From positions 18,720 through 82,719 of the forward strand of contig JBFWQY010000022.1 in NCBI GenBank assembly GCA_050249195.1: a stretch of 64,000 bases of DNA, written 5' to 3'. Within the stretch, counting starts at the first letter, position 1, and every line of letters starts with the position of its first letter. Positions 51,019 through 59,707 of this stretch are shown here, one piece after another. Below the pieces are notes generated by a model, which worked only from the letters and a program-made list of their open reading frames with translations, did no database searches and was not told the origin of the DNA. The translations under genes were made by a program, and so were the position numbers. This DNA is from Bdellovibrionales bacterium (GTDB taxonomy: Bacteria > Bdellovibrionota > Bdellovibrionia > Bdellovibrionales > UBA1609).

Positions 51019-51852
51019 TTAGTTTCCAGGGTCCGTGCCGGGGCCGGGGCCACCCGGTCCGGGGCCAGGACCTGGACCGGGGCCTGGACCGGGGCCTGGT
51101 CCTGGTCCGGGGCCAGGACCTGTAAATCGGGGACAAACTTGGCCACAGACGCAAATCGGAACCCCGTTATTAGTGAAGCCTTGGACGAAGTACCGATGAC
51201 TGCAGCTGGCATGCAGCAACGTCGGACAGGGAGCACCAGACGAATTGCAATTCATACCCTTGATGGAGAGATGGACGGGTGGACAATCGTTGACCACGCC
51301 CCCTCCTACCGGTTTACCCACCGTCACCGGAATCACTCGCGGAGCAATATCACCTCCGAACACAAAATCGCCGGAGGGATTCGTGAAACTGATCACCAAC
51401 TCAGAGGCGACCGCATGATAATCGGCCCCACCAAACTTATAATTCGTGATGGCTCCACCGGCCGCGGGCCTGAGCCGCATCGAGGAAATTTGCAAGCTCG
51501 GATTGATTAAGGCACCCACCTCAATTGCGATGACCCCACCAGGTTTGACGATTTGAAAGACATCGACACCAGCCGCGGCGGGGGACATGGGATTCCCATC
51601 CCATGGCCAGACCACATGGGACCCACCGGCAAAAAACGCGGAACTGCAGATGAACCGGTCCGAAAGCAGGCTTGCCGCAAGCTCACGAATACGGTCAGCG
51701 TCTGCAGCCACGGATCCATGTCGAAGCATGCCGGTAATCGTAGTGGATAAAGTGGCGACCATAGCAATTACAACGCCCAATATGGCAACCGCAACGAGAA
51801 CACCAACCAGCGAGACTCCGTGCACTGAATTGAGTAGCCGCGAAGTTTTCAT
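51019..51852 (-). CDS. Prepilin-type protein B with Cys-rich domain and (GP)11 tail
   Basis: MKTSRLLNSVHG|VSLVGVLVAVAILGVV class III-like leader; start overlaps the upstream TGA. Confidence 0.85.
   Translation of the reverse strand: MKTSRLLNSVHGVSLVGVLVAVAILGVVIAMVATLSTTITGMLRHGSVAADADRIRELAASLLSDRFICSSAFFAGGSHVVWPWDGNPMSPAAAGVDVFQIVKPGGVIAIEVGALINPSLQISSMRLRPAAGGAITNYKFGGADYHAVASELVISFTNPSGDFVFGGDIAPRVIPVTVGKPVGGGVVNDCPPVHLSIKGMNCNSSGAPCPTLLHASCSHRYFVQGFTNNGVPICVCGQVCPRFTGPGPGPGPGPGPGPGPGPGPGPGGPGPGTDPGN
51022..51120 (-). repeat. GGN-CCN hexamer repeat encoding (GP)11-GGPGPGTDPGN
   Basis: Read directly from the sequence. Confidence 0.95.
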
Positions 51853-52721
51853 CAGTTCCCCGGATCTGTTCCTGGTCCAGGTCCTCCTGGTCCTGGGCCC
51901 GGCCCTGGTCCAGGCCCCGGTCCTGGTCCCGGGCCTGGCCCTGGTCCCGGACCTGCTACCGGGGCACACACTCTCACGCAATCACATTGCGGAACCCCAT
52001 TCGCATCAAACCCCGGCATAAAATACATCGCCTCACAGTCCACCGGCATACCCAAGCAGGGATCTGGACTTGGCTGATTGTAAGTTGAGGCATCACAAAT
52101 AAAACTTCTCATCGTCGTGTTGACCGTGTGGCACATGACAATCTGGCTACCCGCATTGGGATTGGTAATGATCGTCACAGGCACAATGCGGTCTTTAAAT
52201 GCTTCACCGCCCGCGGCGTGCAATTGAGAGGGCGATGCGCCTCCCGGAGTATCGGTCGGCCCAAACAAAAGGCGAACCTGAGCCGTCCATACGTCTCGGT
52301 TACCAGGATCTCCGGGAACAGGACCCACATTCAGGGGAGTCGGAGTATTGAGGTCCGCGCCCGACGTCGCCCTTGCTGGCTCTAAGACAATTCTTTGCAA
52401 CCAGGAGGTGGGCCCTAGCTGCGTCGGAGCACTCACCGCGACTATCCCATTCACTCTCAAATTCGCAATCGCCGTCGGAGTGCCCGTGTATGTCGCTCCC
52501 CCCCAGGCATTTCGACAGATCTCCTGATTGCCCATGATTCCCTGAACGAGACGATGAATTGTATCCACATCCGTGGTCATCGTGGAGCGCTTTACCACGC
52601 TCGTCATATTGTCGAAAATTGTAGCAAGGATGGCCGCGACCACACCCATAATGGCGATCGCCACAAGCATGCTGATCAGACTGATGCCTCGTGTGGAGCG
52701 GAGCGGCCTTGTGACTGACAT
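51852..52721 (-). CDS. Prepilin-type protein A with Cys-rich domain and (GP)11 tail
   Basis: MSVTRPLRSTRG|ISLISMLVAIAIMGVV; GAGGTG RBS before ATG 52721. Confidence 0.85.
   Translation of the reverse strand: MSVTRPLRSTRGISLISMLVAIAIMGVVAAILATIFDNMTSVVKRSTMTTDVDTIHRLVQGIMGNQEICRNAWGGATYTGTPTAIANLRVNGIVAVSAPTQLGPTSWLQRIVLEPARATSGADLNTPTPLNVGPVPGDPGNRDVWTAQVRLLFGPTDTPGGASPSQLHAAGGEAFKDRIVPVTIITNPNAGSQIVMCHTVNTTMRSFICDASTYNQPSPDPCLGMPVDCEAMYFMPGFDANGVPQCDCVRVCAPVAGPGPGPGPGPGPGPGPGPGPGPGGPGPGTDPGN
51855..51953 (-). repeat. GGN-CCN hexamer repeat encoding (GP)11-GGPGPGTDPGN
   Basis: Read directly from the sequence. Confidence 0.95.
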
Positions 52722-52804
52722 GCGCGGACTCACCTCTATGATCATCAGTATTATGATCACTATGATGTAGATAGATTTAAGTGTAGGAGGTTTCCATTTT
52801 CGAG

Positions 52805-54901
52805 TCAGTACTTTTGTTCAGGTGAACCACTTTCGAACACTTCTGCTAGAGCCTCGGCATCGGGTTTGTACGGCGGGGAAACTCCCAAAATCTTCATAAC
52901 CGTAGGATATTGCTCAAGGTGAGAGATCGGTCGAGACAAGCGATGTCCCTTTTTGATTCCTGGACCCATCACCATAAATGGTGTCCATAGACCTTGTTCC
53001 CGATCGGTGAGAATCGCCTGTTTGTATCCGGACTTGAGGGACTCGGCAAACACCTCCAAGTCCTCAGTCACATCCTCGATCCAGCCATAACCGACCTCGT
53101 TGGCGATTACAAGATCGCCTACGCGCTCCCTCGGCAATCCCCATTGCGATGATTCCTCGCGAGTGTGAAGGGCCGCCAGAGGGGAAAGGCCTTGTGCGTC
53201 GCGCAGCTCGCGGAGAGTTGAAATCACCTCCTCACGCAGGCGCTCATAGGCCGGACCGGAAGCCGGTTGATAATCTCCGGCAAGCCCATTCGGGTGGAGA
53301 TAGACGTGATTCATTTTCAAAAAAATCACCTTGGTATGAGCCCAATCGATCCTCGGAATGCCCGTTTCCGGATCCTTCTTGAATCGCAGCCACCCCTTGC
53401 GCGCAAAAAGATTGTTTAGGCGCACTTCATAATTCAGTGGCACGGCGCCATGGTCCGAACTCAAGACCACGTAGGCATTGTCTGCCCGCGCCTGCAAAGC
53501 CGAGCCGATAAGATCATCGATATGTCGGTAGATGGAGAACACCTCCGCTAAGAGCGCCTCGCGCTCGCTGTCCTCAGTGCGCGCGTACTGACGCCCGCGC
53601 GGATCGATCGCGCCCAGCCACCATCGACTGGTCAGCATTTGATTGGGCGAATAGACCGAGTGGATAAAGACATCCTGCGAAGCTTCATTGATAAAGTAGG
53701 CCTGGGCACGCTTGTGCCAATCAAATGACATCTCAAATTCATCCAGAAAGGCCTCTTTGTCTTCCGGAAAATAAATCAGCTGAGGTGGGTAATTGTCGAC
53801 AAAGTCCACCATCGGACCCGCCGCCTGATGCAGCTGATCACTGATCTCGTGCGGCACAGCCACGGTCTCATTCAAACCATCATAGAGCACGCGCAATCGG
53901 AACGAGCCGGGTTCTCCGAGCTGGATCACTTTCACTCGCGCCTGGGTGGGAAACTTCAAGACGGAAAGATCCTGCTCAAGCTTCAAGCGCTGGGGCAAGG
54001 CCTCCTGGTAATGGCGCTGAACACGATAAGACAAGGTGATGGGAAACCAGTCACTCCATTCTCCAACCCTCAGTTGAGCCAGAGTTTTATCCTTATCCAG
54101 CGAGACGGTGGCGGTGTCGTATTGAGCCAGCCCGTCATCCATGCTATCGCTGAGAAGAACCCATAGGTCGGCGTCCCAGTTGCGCAAATTGATCTCGTAA
54201 AGGGGACCATAAGACGTCGGAGGTCGGGCGCGCCAGCCGGAGGCAGGTTCAGCCTTGATGAATTCAGTCAGCTTCTTCTCAATCTGAAAGACGCGGTCAT
54301 TCCACCCCAGAACATGGCGGAACTCGACATCTTCATGAGCATGAAAAATCATATTTGGAAATTCAACGCCCCATCCTCCCCACCGCCCCTTGACCACATT
54401 GCCGCGCGTGATCTCTGGAGGGGTAGAGCCCGGCACGGAGAGTAAGCTCACCACCCAGCCCGCCTGTTCCAAAGTATACCAAAACGGATCCAACGATTTT
54501 GCAATGGAGCTAAATCCTGAGCGGGGGACAATGGAAAGTGGATATCCGGGAATTCGGATTGGACCATCCGCAACACCATGACGCTGAGGGAGTGTGCCCG
54601 TGAACAGCGTTGCGAAGTTCACGGGCGTGTGACTGGGAAACACGGGAATGGAATAGCCATAGCTTCCCTCATCCATCATCCGCTTAATATTGGGGAGCTT
54701 GCCTTCCTCCGCCCATCTATACATGTTGAAGAGTCCGGGATCCGCGCGAAGACCGTCAGGAACCAACCAGTATAAGCGCCACGGACGCCGCGACGCCGCG
54801 GATTGCCAACTCCGCCGTTTTGCGAGCACAATAAGACCAAGACAAAAAACCAAGAGCCCTGTAACAAGAACTGCCACGCGCTTGAACTGAAGGGATTTCA
54901 T
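52805..54901 (-). CDS. Membrane-anchored nucleotide pyrophosphatase/phosphodiesterase-like (alkaline phosphatase superfamily) protein
   Basis: N-terminal TM, PDGLR, FPSHTPVNFATLFTG...HGV, SSDHGA, FMVMGPGIK, PTV. Confidence 0.9.
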   Translation of the reverse strand: MKSLQFKRVAVLVTGLLVFCLGLIVLAKRRSWQSAASRRPWRLYWLVPDGLRADPGLFNMYRWAEEGKLPNIKRMMDEGSYGYSIPVFPSHTPVNFATLFTGTLPQRHGVADGPIRIPGYPLSIVPRSGFSSIAKSLDPFWYTLEQAGWVVSLLSVPGSTPPEITRGNVVKGRWGGWGVEFPNMIFHAHEDVEFRHVLGWNDRVFQIEKKLTEFIKAEPASGWRARPPTSYGPLYEINLRNWDADLWVLLSDSMDDGLAQYDTATVSLDKDKTLAQLRVGEWSDWFPITLSYRVQRHYQEALPQRLKLEQDLSVLKFPTQARVKVIQLGEPGSFRLRVLYDGLNETVAVPHEISDQLHQAAGPMVDFVDNYPPQLIYFPEDKEAFLDEFEMSFDWHKRAQAYFINEASQDVFIHSVYSPNQMLTSRWWLGAIDPRGRQYARTEDSEREALLAEVFSIYRHIDDLIGSALQARADNAYVVLSSDHGAVPLNYEVRLNNLFARKGWLRFKKDPETGIPRIDWAHTKVIFLKMNHVYLHPNGLAGDYQPASGPAYERLREEVISTLRELRDAQGLSPLAALHTREESSQWGLPRERVGDLVIANEVGYGWIEDVTEDLEVFAESLKSGYKQAILTDREQGLWTPFMVMGPGIKKGHRLSRPISHLEQYPTVMKILGVSPPYKPDAEALAEVFESGSPEQKY

Positions 54902-55836
54902 TGCTTAAACTCTTCTCCGCTCCCATAGTTGTCGGAATCGCACTGGGACTGCTTTTCCCCTATCAATCGCTCTCTCTTATTTGGGTGAGTTCCATTCTGC
55001 TCTTTCTACTTTTGTTTCTCAACACGCTTTCCGTGGACTCACGAAAAATATTTGCGGTTTCGCGGAACCAAGCCTGGCAATCGCTGACCGCGCAAGTTCT
55101 CATATTTTTCATCTTTCCGGTCATTCAAACCGGAGCCGCCGCAGCCATCCTGCATGATCCTGATTTCGTGTTCGGAGTGGCCGTAAGCAGCCTGGCGCCT
55201 GCCGCGCTCGTAAATCCCTTTTTCGCTCACGTGCGCGGTGGCGACCGGGCGCTGGCTCTGCTGAACGTGATCCTGTCGACCGTGTTAAGTCCGCTGCTCA
55301 CCGTTCCCCTGCTGTTCGCTCTCGGCTTGGGCGCGGTTTTTATCAACTCCCGTTTCTTGTTCGTCTACCTTATAGGCCTGACGGCTCTGCCCGTGCTGTT
55401 GAGCTTTGGAGTCACGACGCTCTGGCCTGGCGCCGGCGCCCGAATCCAGCGGATTCTTCCCGCCGCAAATTCGCTGATTCTCGCGGCGCTGATGTTCATT
55501 CTGGTCGGATCCTCTCTCAACCGCGTACCCGTGCGCCTCTTACTCAAAGGAGATTTTCCGAATTTGCTTCTTCTTTTTGTTGGTATCGATTTCGGAATCT
55601 TTATCGCCGTTCGTGCGGCTGCAAAGCTCTTTCTGCCCATTCCGGGCGCGGAAACTTTGGCGCTAAGCGTGGCCACGCGGAACTTCGCCGTGAGCGCCAG
55701 CTTGATGCTGCTCTTCCATCCTAAGGCGGCGCTTCCCTCAGCTGCAGGGCTGATCATTCACTGTTTGTTTTTTCAATGGCTTGTATGGCGGGGCGCCCGA
55801 TCTCGATCCGCTTCCGCCGAGGAGTGTGCAATGTGA
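54901..55836 (+). CDS. Bile acid:sodium symporter (BASS)-family transporter
   Basis: About 9-10 TM segments, APAA...GGD.ALAL...STVLSPLLTVP, TRNFA; GAAGGGA RBS before TTG. Confidence 0.85.
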   Translation: MLKLFSAPIVVGIALGLLFPYQSLSLIWVSSILLFLLLFLNTLSVDSRKIFAVSRNQAWQSLTAQVLIFFIFPVIQTGAAAAILHDPDFVFGVAVSSLAPAALVNPFFAHVRGGDRALALLNVILSTVLSPLLTVPLLFALGLGAVFINSRFLFVYLIGLTALPVLLSFGVTTLWPGAGARIQRILPAANSLILAALMFILVGSSLNRVPVRLLLKGDFPNLLLLFVGIDFGIFIAVRAAAKLFLPIPGAETLALSVATRNFAVSASLMLLFHPKAALPSAAGLIIHCLFFQWLVWRGARSRSASAEECAM

Positions 55837-57242
55837 CCAAGCCGGCATTACGCCATCCCGTTCGCGTGCTGATCGTTCTTCTGGTGACGACTCTTTCAAT
55901 TGGGCTCGTGGGCTTGGCCATTCGCTTTCAGCCTGAGATCCGTTGGACCTGGAGATATTTGCGCTCAGCTCCGCTCCCCCATTCGCCGCTGCCTTCGCCG
56001 CCGCCCGCGTGCGACGGCTGCAGTTTGATCTTGATTGCCCTCGACACTCTGCGCGCTGACACCCTGATTCACATGCCCCGCCTGCGGGCGATCGCCGCTG
56101 AGTCCATGCTCTTCACCCATGCGTACACACCCGCGTTCTACACGACACCGAGTCATATGAGCGTCTTCACATCGCTTTACCCCGACCAGCATCGTGTGAT
56201 GGGCGCCGGCATCAAAATCCCGCGGAACCCGCGCACTCCTTATAAAGCGTATCGTTTAAGTGCCAAGATCAAGACCCTTGCGGAGATCTTACGGGACCGG
56301 GGCTATCGCACGGCATGGTATGGCCCCATGCGCCTCAAACATCTGGATTTTGAGCTGGGATTCGCCCGCGGGTTTGAGCACATAAGGCCGAGTCCCTTTA
56401 CGAGGCCTCTTTGGAATGGTGAAATCGCGCCCCGATTTCAAGCTGACCACATTCCTCCTCCGCAAGCGCGGGAATTCCTGTTCATTCATTCCTATATCAC
56501 GCATTTGCCATATGTGCTCCCCGATGCCAAAGAGGGCCCATTCGCGCGCGACGAGTTGTGGGCCCGCCTTCAAGAGCGGCGGAGACAAGCCCACGAGCGC
56601 GACGCGGACTCCGATTCCATCCTCCATGCACTTGGACAAGATCAACTTCGCCAGTTTTCCAAAATGCCCGGACATTCGGCGCAAGAGCCCTTACGTCGAG
56701 CTTACGTCCATTCTGTTTCCGTTCTGGATTCCCAGATTGGGGAGCTGTGGGCAAAGTTAAAGGACCAGGGGCGGCTGCAAAACACGGTCGTGGCCTTCTT
56801 TGCGGATCATGGCGAAGAGCTTTTGGAGCATGGCCAGGGCAGCCACTCCAGTTTCTATGAGCACACGTCCCACGTCCCGCTCATCATTTATCATCCGCGC
56901 CTCCGCCGAGGGCTCACGTACGACAATCTCATCAGCCTGATCGACCTTATGCCAACCCTGCTGGCGTTGCTGGGAGTTCCCGTCCCGCCGCAAGCGCGCG
57001 GTCTCAACGTGTTCACGCGAAGCCGTGCTTATGTCTTCGGCTCCACGTTAGGAAATGAATTCATCTCGGATGGCGCCTGGAAATTGCTCCGGACTCACGC
57101 GGGGCGCGAACGCCTCTTTTATCTTCCCCTTGATCCGTTGGAGAAGCACAACCTCAGGCCCTACCAGACATTATGGACAAGGGACGCCTTGGCGCGGTTG
57201 CGCCGGGAACAGAGACGGTGGGAACTCGAACAAGCGCTCTGA
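55833..57242 (+). CDS. Membrane-anchored sulfatase-like protein
   Basis: IALDTLRAD, AYTPAFYTTPSHMSVFTSLYP, ADHGE, HVPLII, IDLMPTLL, DPLEKHNL; GTG start after GAGGAG. Confidence 0.9.
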   Translation: MTKPALRHPVRVLIVLLVTTLSIGLVGLAIRFQPEIRWTWRYLRSAPLPHSPLPSPPPACDGCSLILIALDTLRADTLIHMPRLRAIAAESMLFTHAYTPAFYTTPSHMSVFTSLYPDQHRVMGAGIKIPRNPRTPYKAYRLSAKIKTLAEILRDRGYRTAWYGPMRLKHLDFELGFARGFEHIRPSPFTRPLWNGEIAPRFQADHIPPPQAREFLFIHSYITHLPYVLPDAKEGPFARDELWARLQERRRQAHERDADSDSILHALGQDQLRQFSKMPGHSAQEPLRRAYVHSVSVLDSQIGELWAKLKDQGRLQNTVVAFFADHGEELLEHGQGSHSSFYEHTSHVPLIIYHPRLRRGLTYDNLISLIDLMPTLLALLGVPVPPQARGLNVFTRSRAYVFGSTLGNEFISDGAWKLLRTHAGRERLFYLPLDPLEKHNLRPYQTLWTRDALARLRREQRRWELEQAL

Positions 57243-57304
57243 AGGTGCGACTCGGCGCCTCGGGGTATTGCGGATTTGAATCCGCTTGAGGATAATACGC
57301 CCAC

Positions 57305-59707
57305 ATGAAATCCCTGCAGATGGGCATCACCGAGTTCGCCCTGCCTTGTCCAAGACAAGGGAGCATCGAAACCTACTCCGGCTATGGAGGCCTTCCCAAC
57401 ACGGGAAGTCTCCTTCATGGCGAGCTTCAGTCGCAACGACGCCTTCAGTATCCGGGTTATATCGCGGAAAAGTGGATCAGCCACACCGTGGACGCCGGAG
57501 ACCTGCGCCTTCAACTCAGCGGCCGCATGGATGGATTTGCGCCCGGCCCTCCAGCCCTGATCGAAGAGTTCAAGTCGGCTTACCACGCGGACGAACTGAT
57601 GCATGTGCTGCACGAGCGCCCGCACCATCCCTATCGCCTTCAGCTCTTGACCTATGGTTACTTGCACTGGCTGCAGCTGGGAGAGCGGCCGGACCTGAGC
57701 CTCACTGTGGTCTGCGCGCGAACACGCCAAATCCAATCTTTAAAATTGGATTTGGAGATTTCATCTTTCGAAGAGTGGATGCAACGGCGAATCCGAGAAC
57801 TTGCTGAGGAGCATAGGAAATTTGAGGCCTTAAAGAGCAAACGTAAAAAAGTCAGCGCGAACTTTGTGTTCCCATTTGCGGAACCTCGGCCCGGGCAGAA
57901 GGAACTCATGATCCTCGTGGAAGACCGCGCTCGAACGGGTCACGCCCGCCTGATGCTTCAGGCCCCCACAGGTTTGGGAAAGACCGCGGGAGTGCTGTTT
58001 CCCACCTTGCGCGAGTCCCTCCAGCGCGGGCAGAAAACTGTGTACGTAACCGCGAAAAACAGTCAGCATGACGTGGCGGAAGACGCCGTCCGCCGCCTTC
58101 AGGAGCAGGGACTGAAAATCCGCTCCGTTACCGTTCACGCCAAAAGCAAAATGTGCCTGAAAGATGAAGTGTTTTGCAATCCCCAGTACTGCGAGTTCGC
58201 GCGCGACTACTATACGAAACTGGATCAGCATCAACTGGTGGAGAAACTGGCGAAGAGAAAAAGGCTCTCGGCTCACAGCTTCACCAAAATGGCCAAAACA
58301 TATGGAGTGTGTCCGTTTGAACTTCAGCTCGAAGCGATCCCACGCGCTGATGTGGTCATTGCCGATTACAACTACGTGTTTTCTCCGCGCCATATCTTGG
58401 GCCGCCTCACTCACAACGGGTTTGGGCGCAACACTCCCCCCAACTTGGTGATCGACGAAGCTCACAATCTTCCCATGCGCGCCAATGATTACTTTTCCGC
58501 CTCCCTTTCCAGTGAAGATCTGCTGCGCTGGCGCGAGCGGGCCACACATCTCACGCCTGCGCTCCTGCAGAAACTCGAAGCCCTGCTTGCGTCCGTACAG
58601 CAGCGATTGCACCTGGTGCAAGCCGCGGCCACAAGTGATGGCGGGCGGCCCGGCGCCGCCCGGCGCGTGGAGCTGCGCCCAGAAGACTTCATGACGTTGG
58701 ACCTTCAGGCTCAGGAGCTAATGGCCCAATATCTGGGATCTGACTGCACGCTTCAGCGCCAAGATCCGGTGTTGCAGATTTGCAATCAGATCAGCGCCTT
58801 TGTAGCGGCGCTTGCCAACCAGGGAGAGGAATTTTTTTGCAGCTTCACTCCCGGAGCGAGGGGCGGGACTTTAAAGATCGTTTGCTGTGACGCCGCCAAT
58901 TGGCTAAAGGCCGGTTACGCCCAGTTTAGGAATGTGGTGGCGTTCTCCGCCACGCTCAAACCCTTCATCTACTACAAATGTTTACTTGGAATGGAAGAGG
59001 GGAACACCCACGCGGAGGAGTTCCCGTCCCCGTTTCCGCGGCGGAATCGCAAGATCATGGTTATCCCTCAGATCTCCACGCGCCTGCGCGACCGTCCAGC
59101 CAATTACGGAAAGATCCGTGCGACCATTGAACGCGTGCTCGCGGTTCGGCCTGGAAACTATTTCGTATTCTTCCCTAGCTTTGACTTTCTCGAACAGGTC
59201 GCGGAGCAAGTGAGCCTACCGGGCTTTCGGATGTTACGCCAGGGCCGCGACATGGGCCGTAAGGACGTTCAATCGTTTCTTGATCTCCTTCGAACTGCCG
59301 ATCAGCCAACAGCTGTGTTTGCCGTCCAAGGTGGAGTTTTCGCCGAAGGCGTGGACTATCCGGGCGAGATGCTCATTGGCGCCCTGATCGTCGGCCCCGC
59401 GCTTCCGAGCTTTGACTTTGAACGGGAACAGCTGCGCGAATATTACGACAAGAAGCACGGCCAGGGTTTTAATTATGCATACACCTTTCCGGCCATGGCT
59501 CGTGTCGTGCAGAGCGCCGGACGGGTCATCCGTTCGCCCAAAGATCGTGGAGTTATTATTTTGATGGACCGCCGGTTCCTCGATGACACTTTTGTCCGCG
59601 CGCTGCCGTCCGACTGGGTAGAGGATCATGTGCGCAGCCTCGTCTCGACTCAAATTCTCGCTGATATACAATCCTTCTGGGAACTCAAGGAGGGCGATCC
59701 CCAATGA
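57305..59707 (+). CDS. XPD/DinG-family Fe-S DNA helicase with N-terminal PD-(D/E)XK nuclease-like domain
   Basis: GRMDG..IEEFKS..QLLTY; RPGQ; APTGLGKT; four Cys (KMC..FC..YC..VCPFE); DEAH; SATL; QSAGRVIR. Confidence 0.92.
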   Translation: MKSLQMGITEFALPCPRQGSIETYSGYGGLPNTGSLLHGELQSQRRLQYPGYIAEKWISHTVDAGDLRLQLSGRMDGFAPGPPALIEEFKSAYHADELMHVLHERPHHPYRLQLLTYGYLHWLQLGERPDLSLTVVCARTRQIQSLKLDLEISSFEEWMQRRIRELAEEHRKFEALKSKRKKVSANFVFPFAEPRPGQKELMILVEDRARTGHARLMLQAPTGLGKTAGVLFPTLRESLQRGQKTVYVTAKNSQHDVAEDAVRRLQEQGLKIRSVTVHAKSKMCLKDEVFCNPQYCEFARDYYTKLDQHQLVEKLAKRKRLSAHSFTKMAKTYGVCPFELQLEAIPRADVVIADYNYVFSPRHILGRLTHNGFGRNTPPNLVIDEAHNLPMRANDYFSASLSSEDLLRWRERATHLTPALLQKLEALLASVQQRLHLVQAAATSDGGRPGAARRVELRPEDFMTLDLQAQELMAQYLGSDCTLQRQDPVLQICNQISAFVAALANQGEEFFCSFTPGARGGTLKIVCCDAANWLKAGYAQFRNVVAFSATLKPFIYYKCLLGMEEGNTHAEEFPSPFPRRNRKIMVIPQISTRLRDRPANYGKIRATIERVLAVRPGNYFVFFPSFDFLEQVAEQVSLPGFRMLRQGRDMGRKDVQSFLDLLRTADQPTAVFAVQGGVFAEGVDYPGEMLIGALIVGPALPSFDFEREQLREYYDKKHGQGFNYAYTFPAMARVVQSAGRVIRSPKDRGVIILMDRRFLDDTFVRALPSDWVEDHVRSLVSTQILADIQSFWELKEGDPQ

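Noticed and set aside
51019-51953. GC-rich repeats as a CRISPR array or collagen
   Set aside because: There are no spacers or constant repeats, and the period is 2 aa (GP), not G-X-Y.
57305-57800. Cas4-like motif suggesting a CRISPR-Cas locus
   Set aside because: No other cas genes or array are present; the domain is fused to an XPD helicase and lacks the Cas4 Cys cluster.
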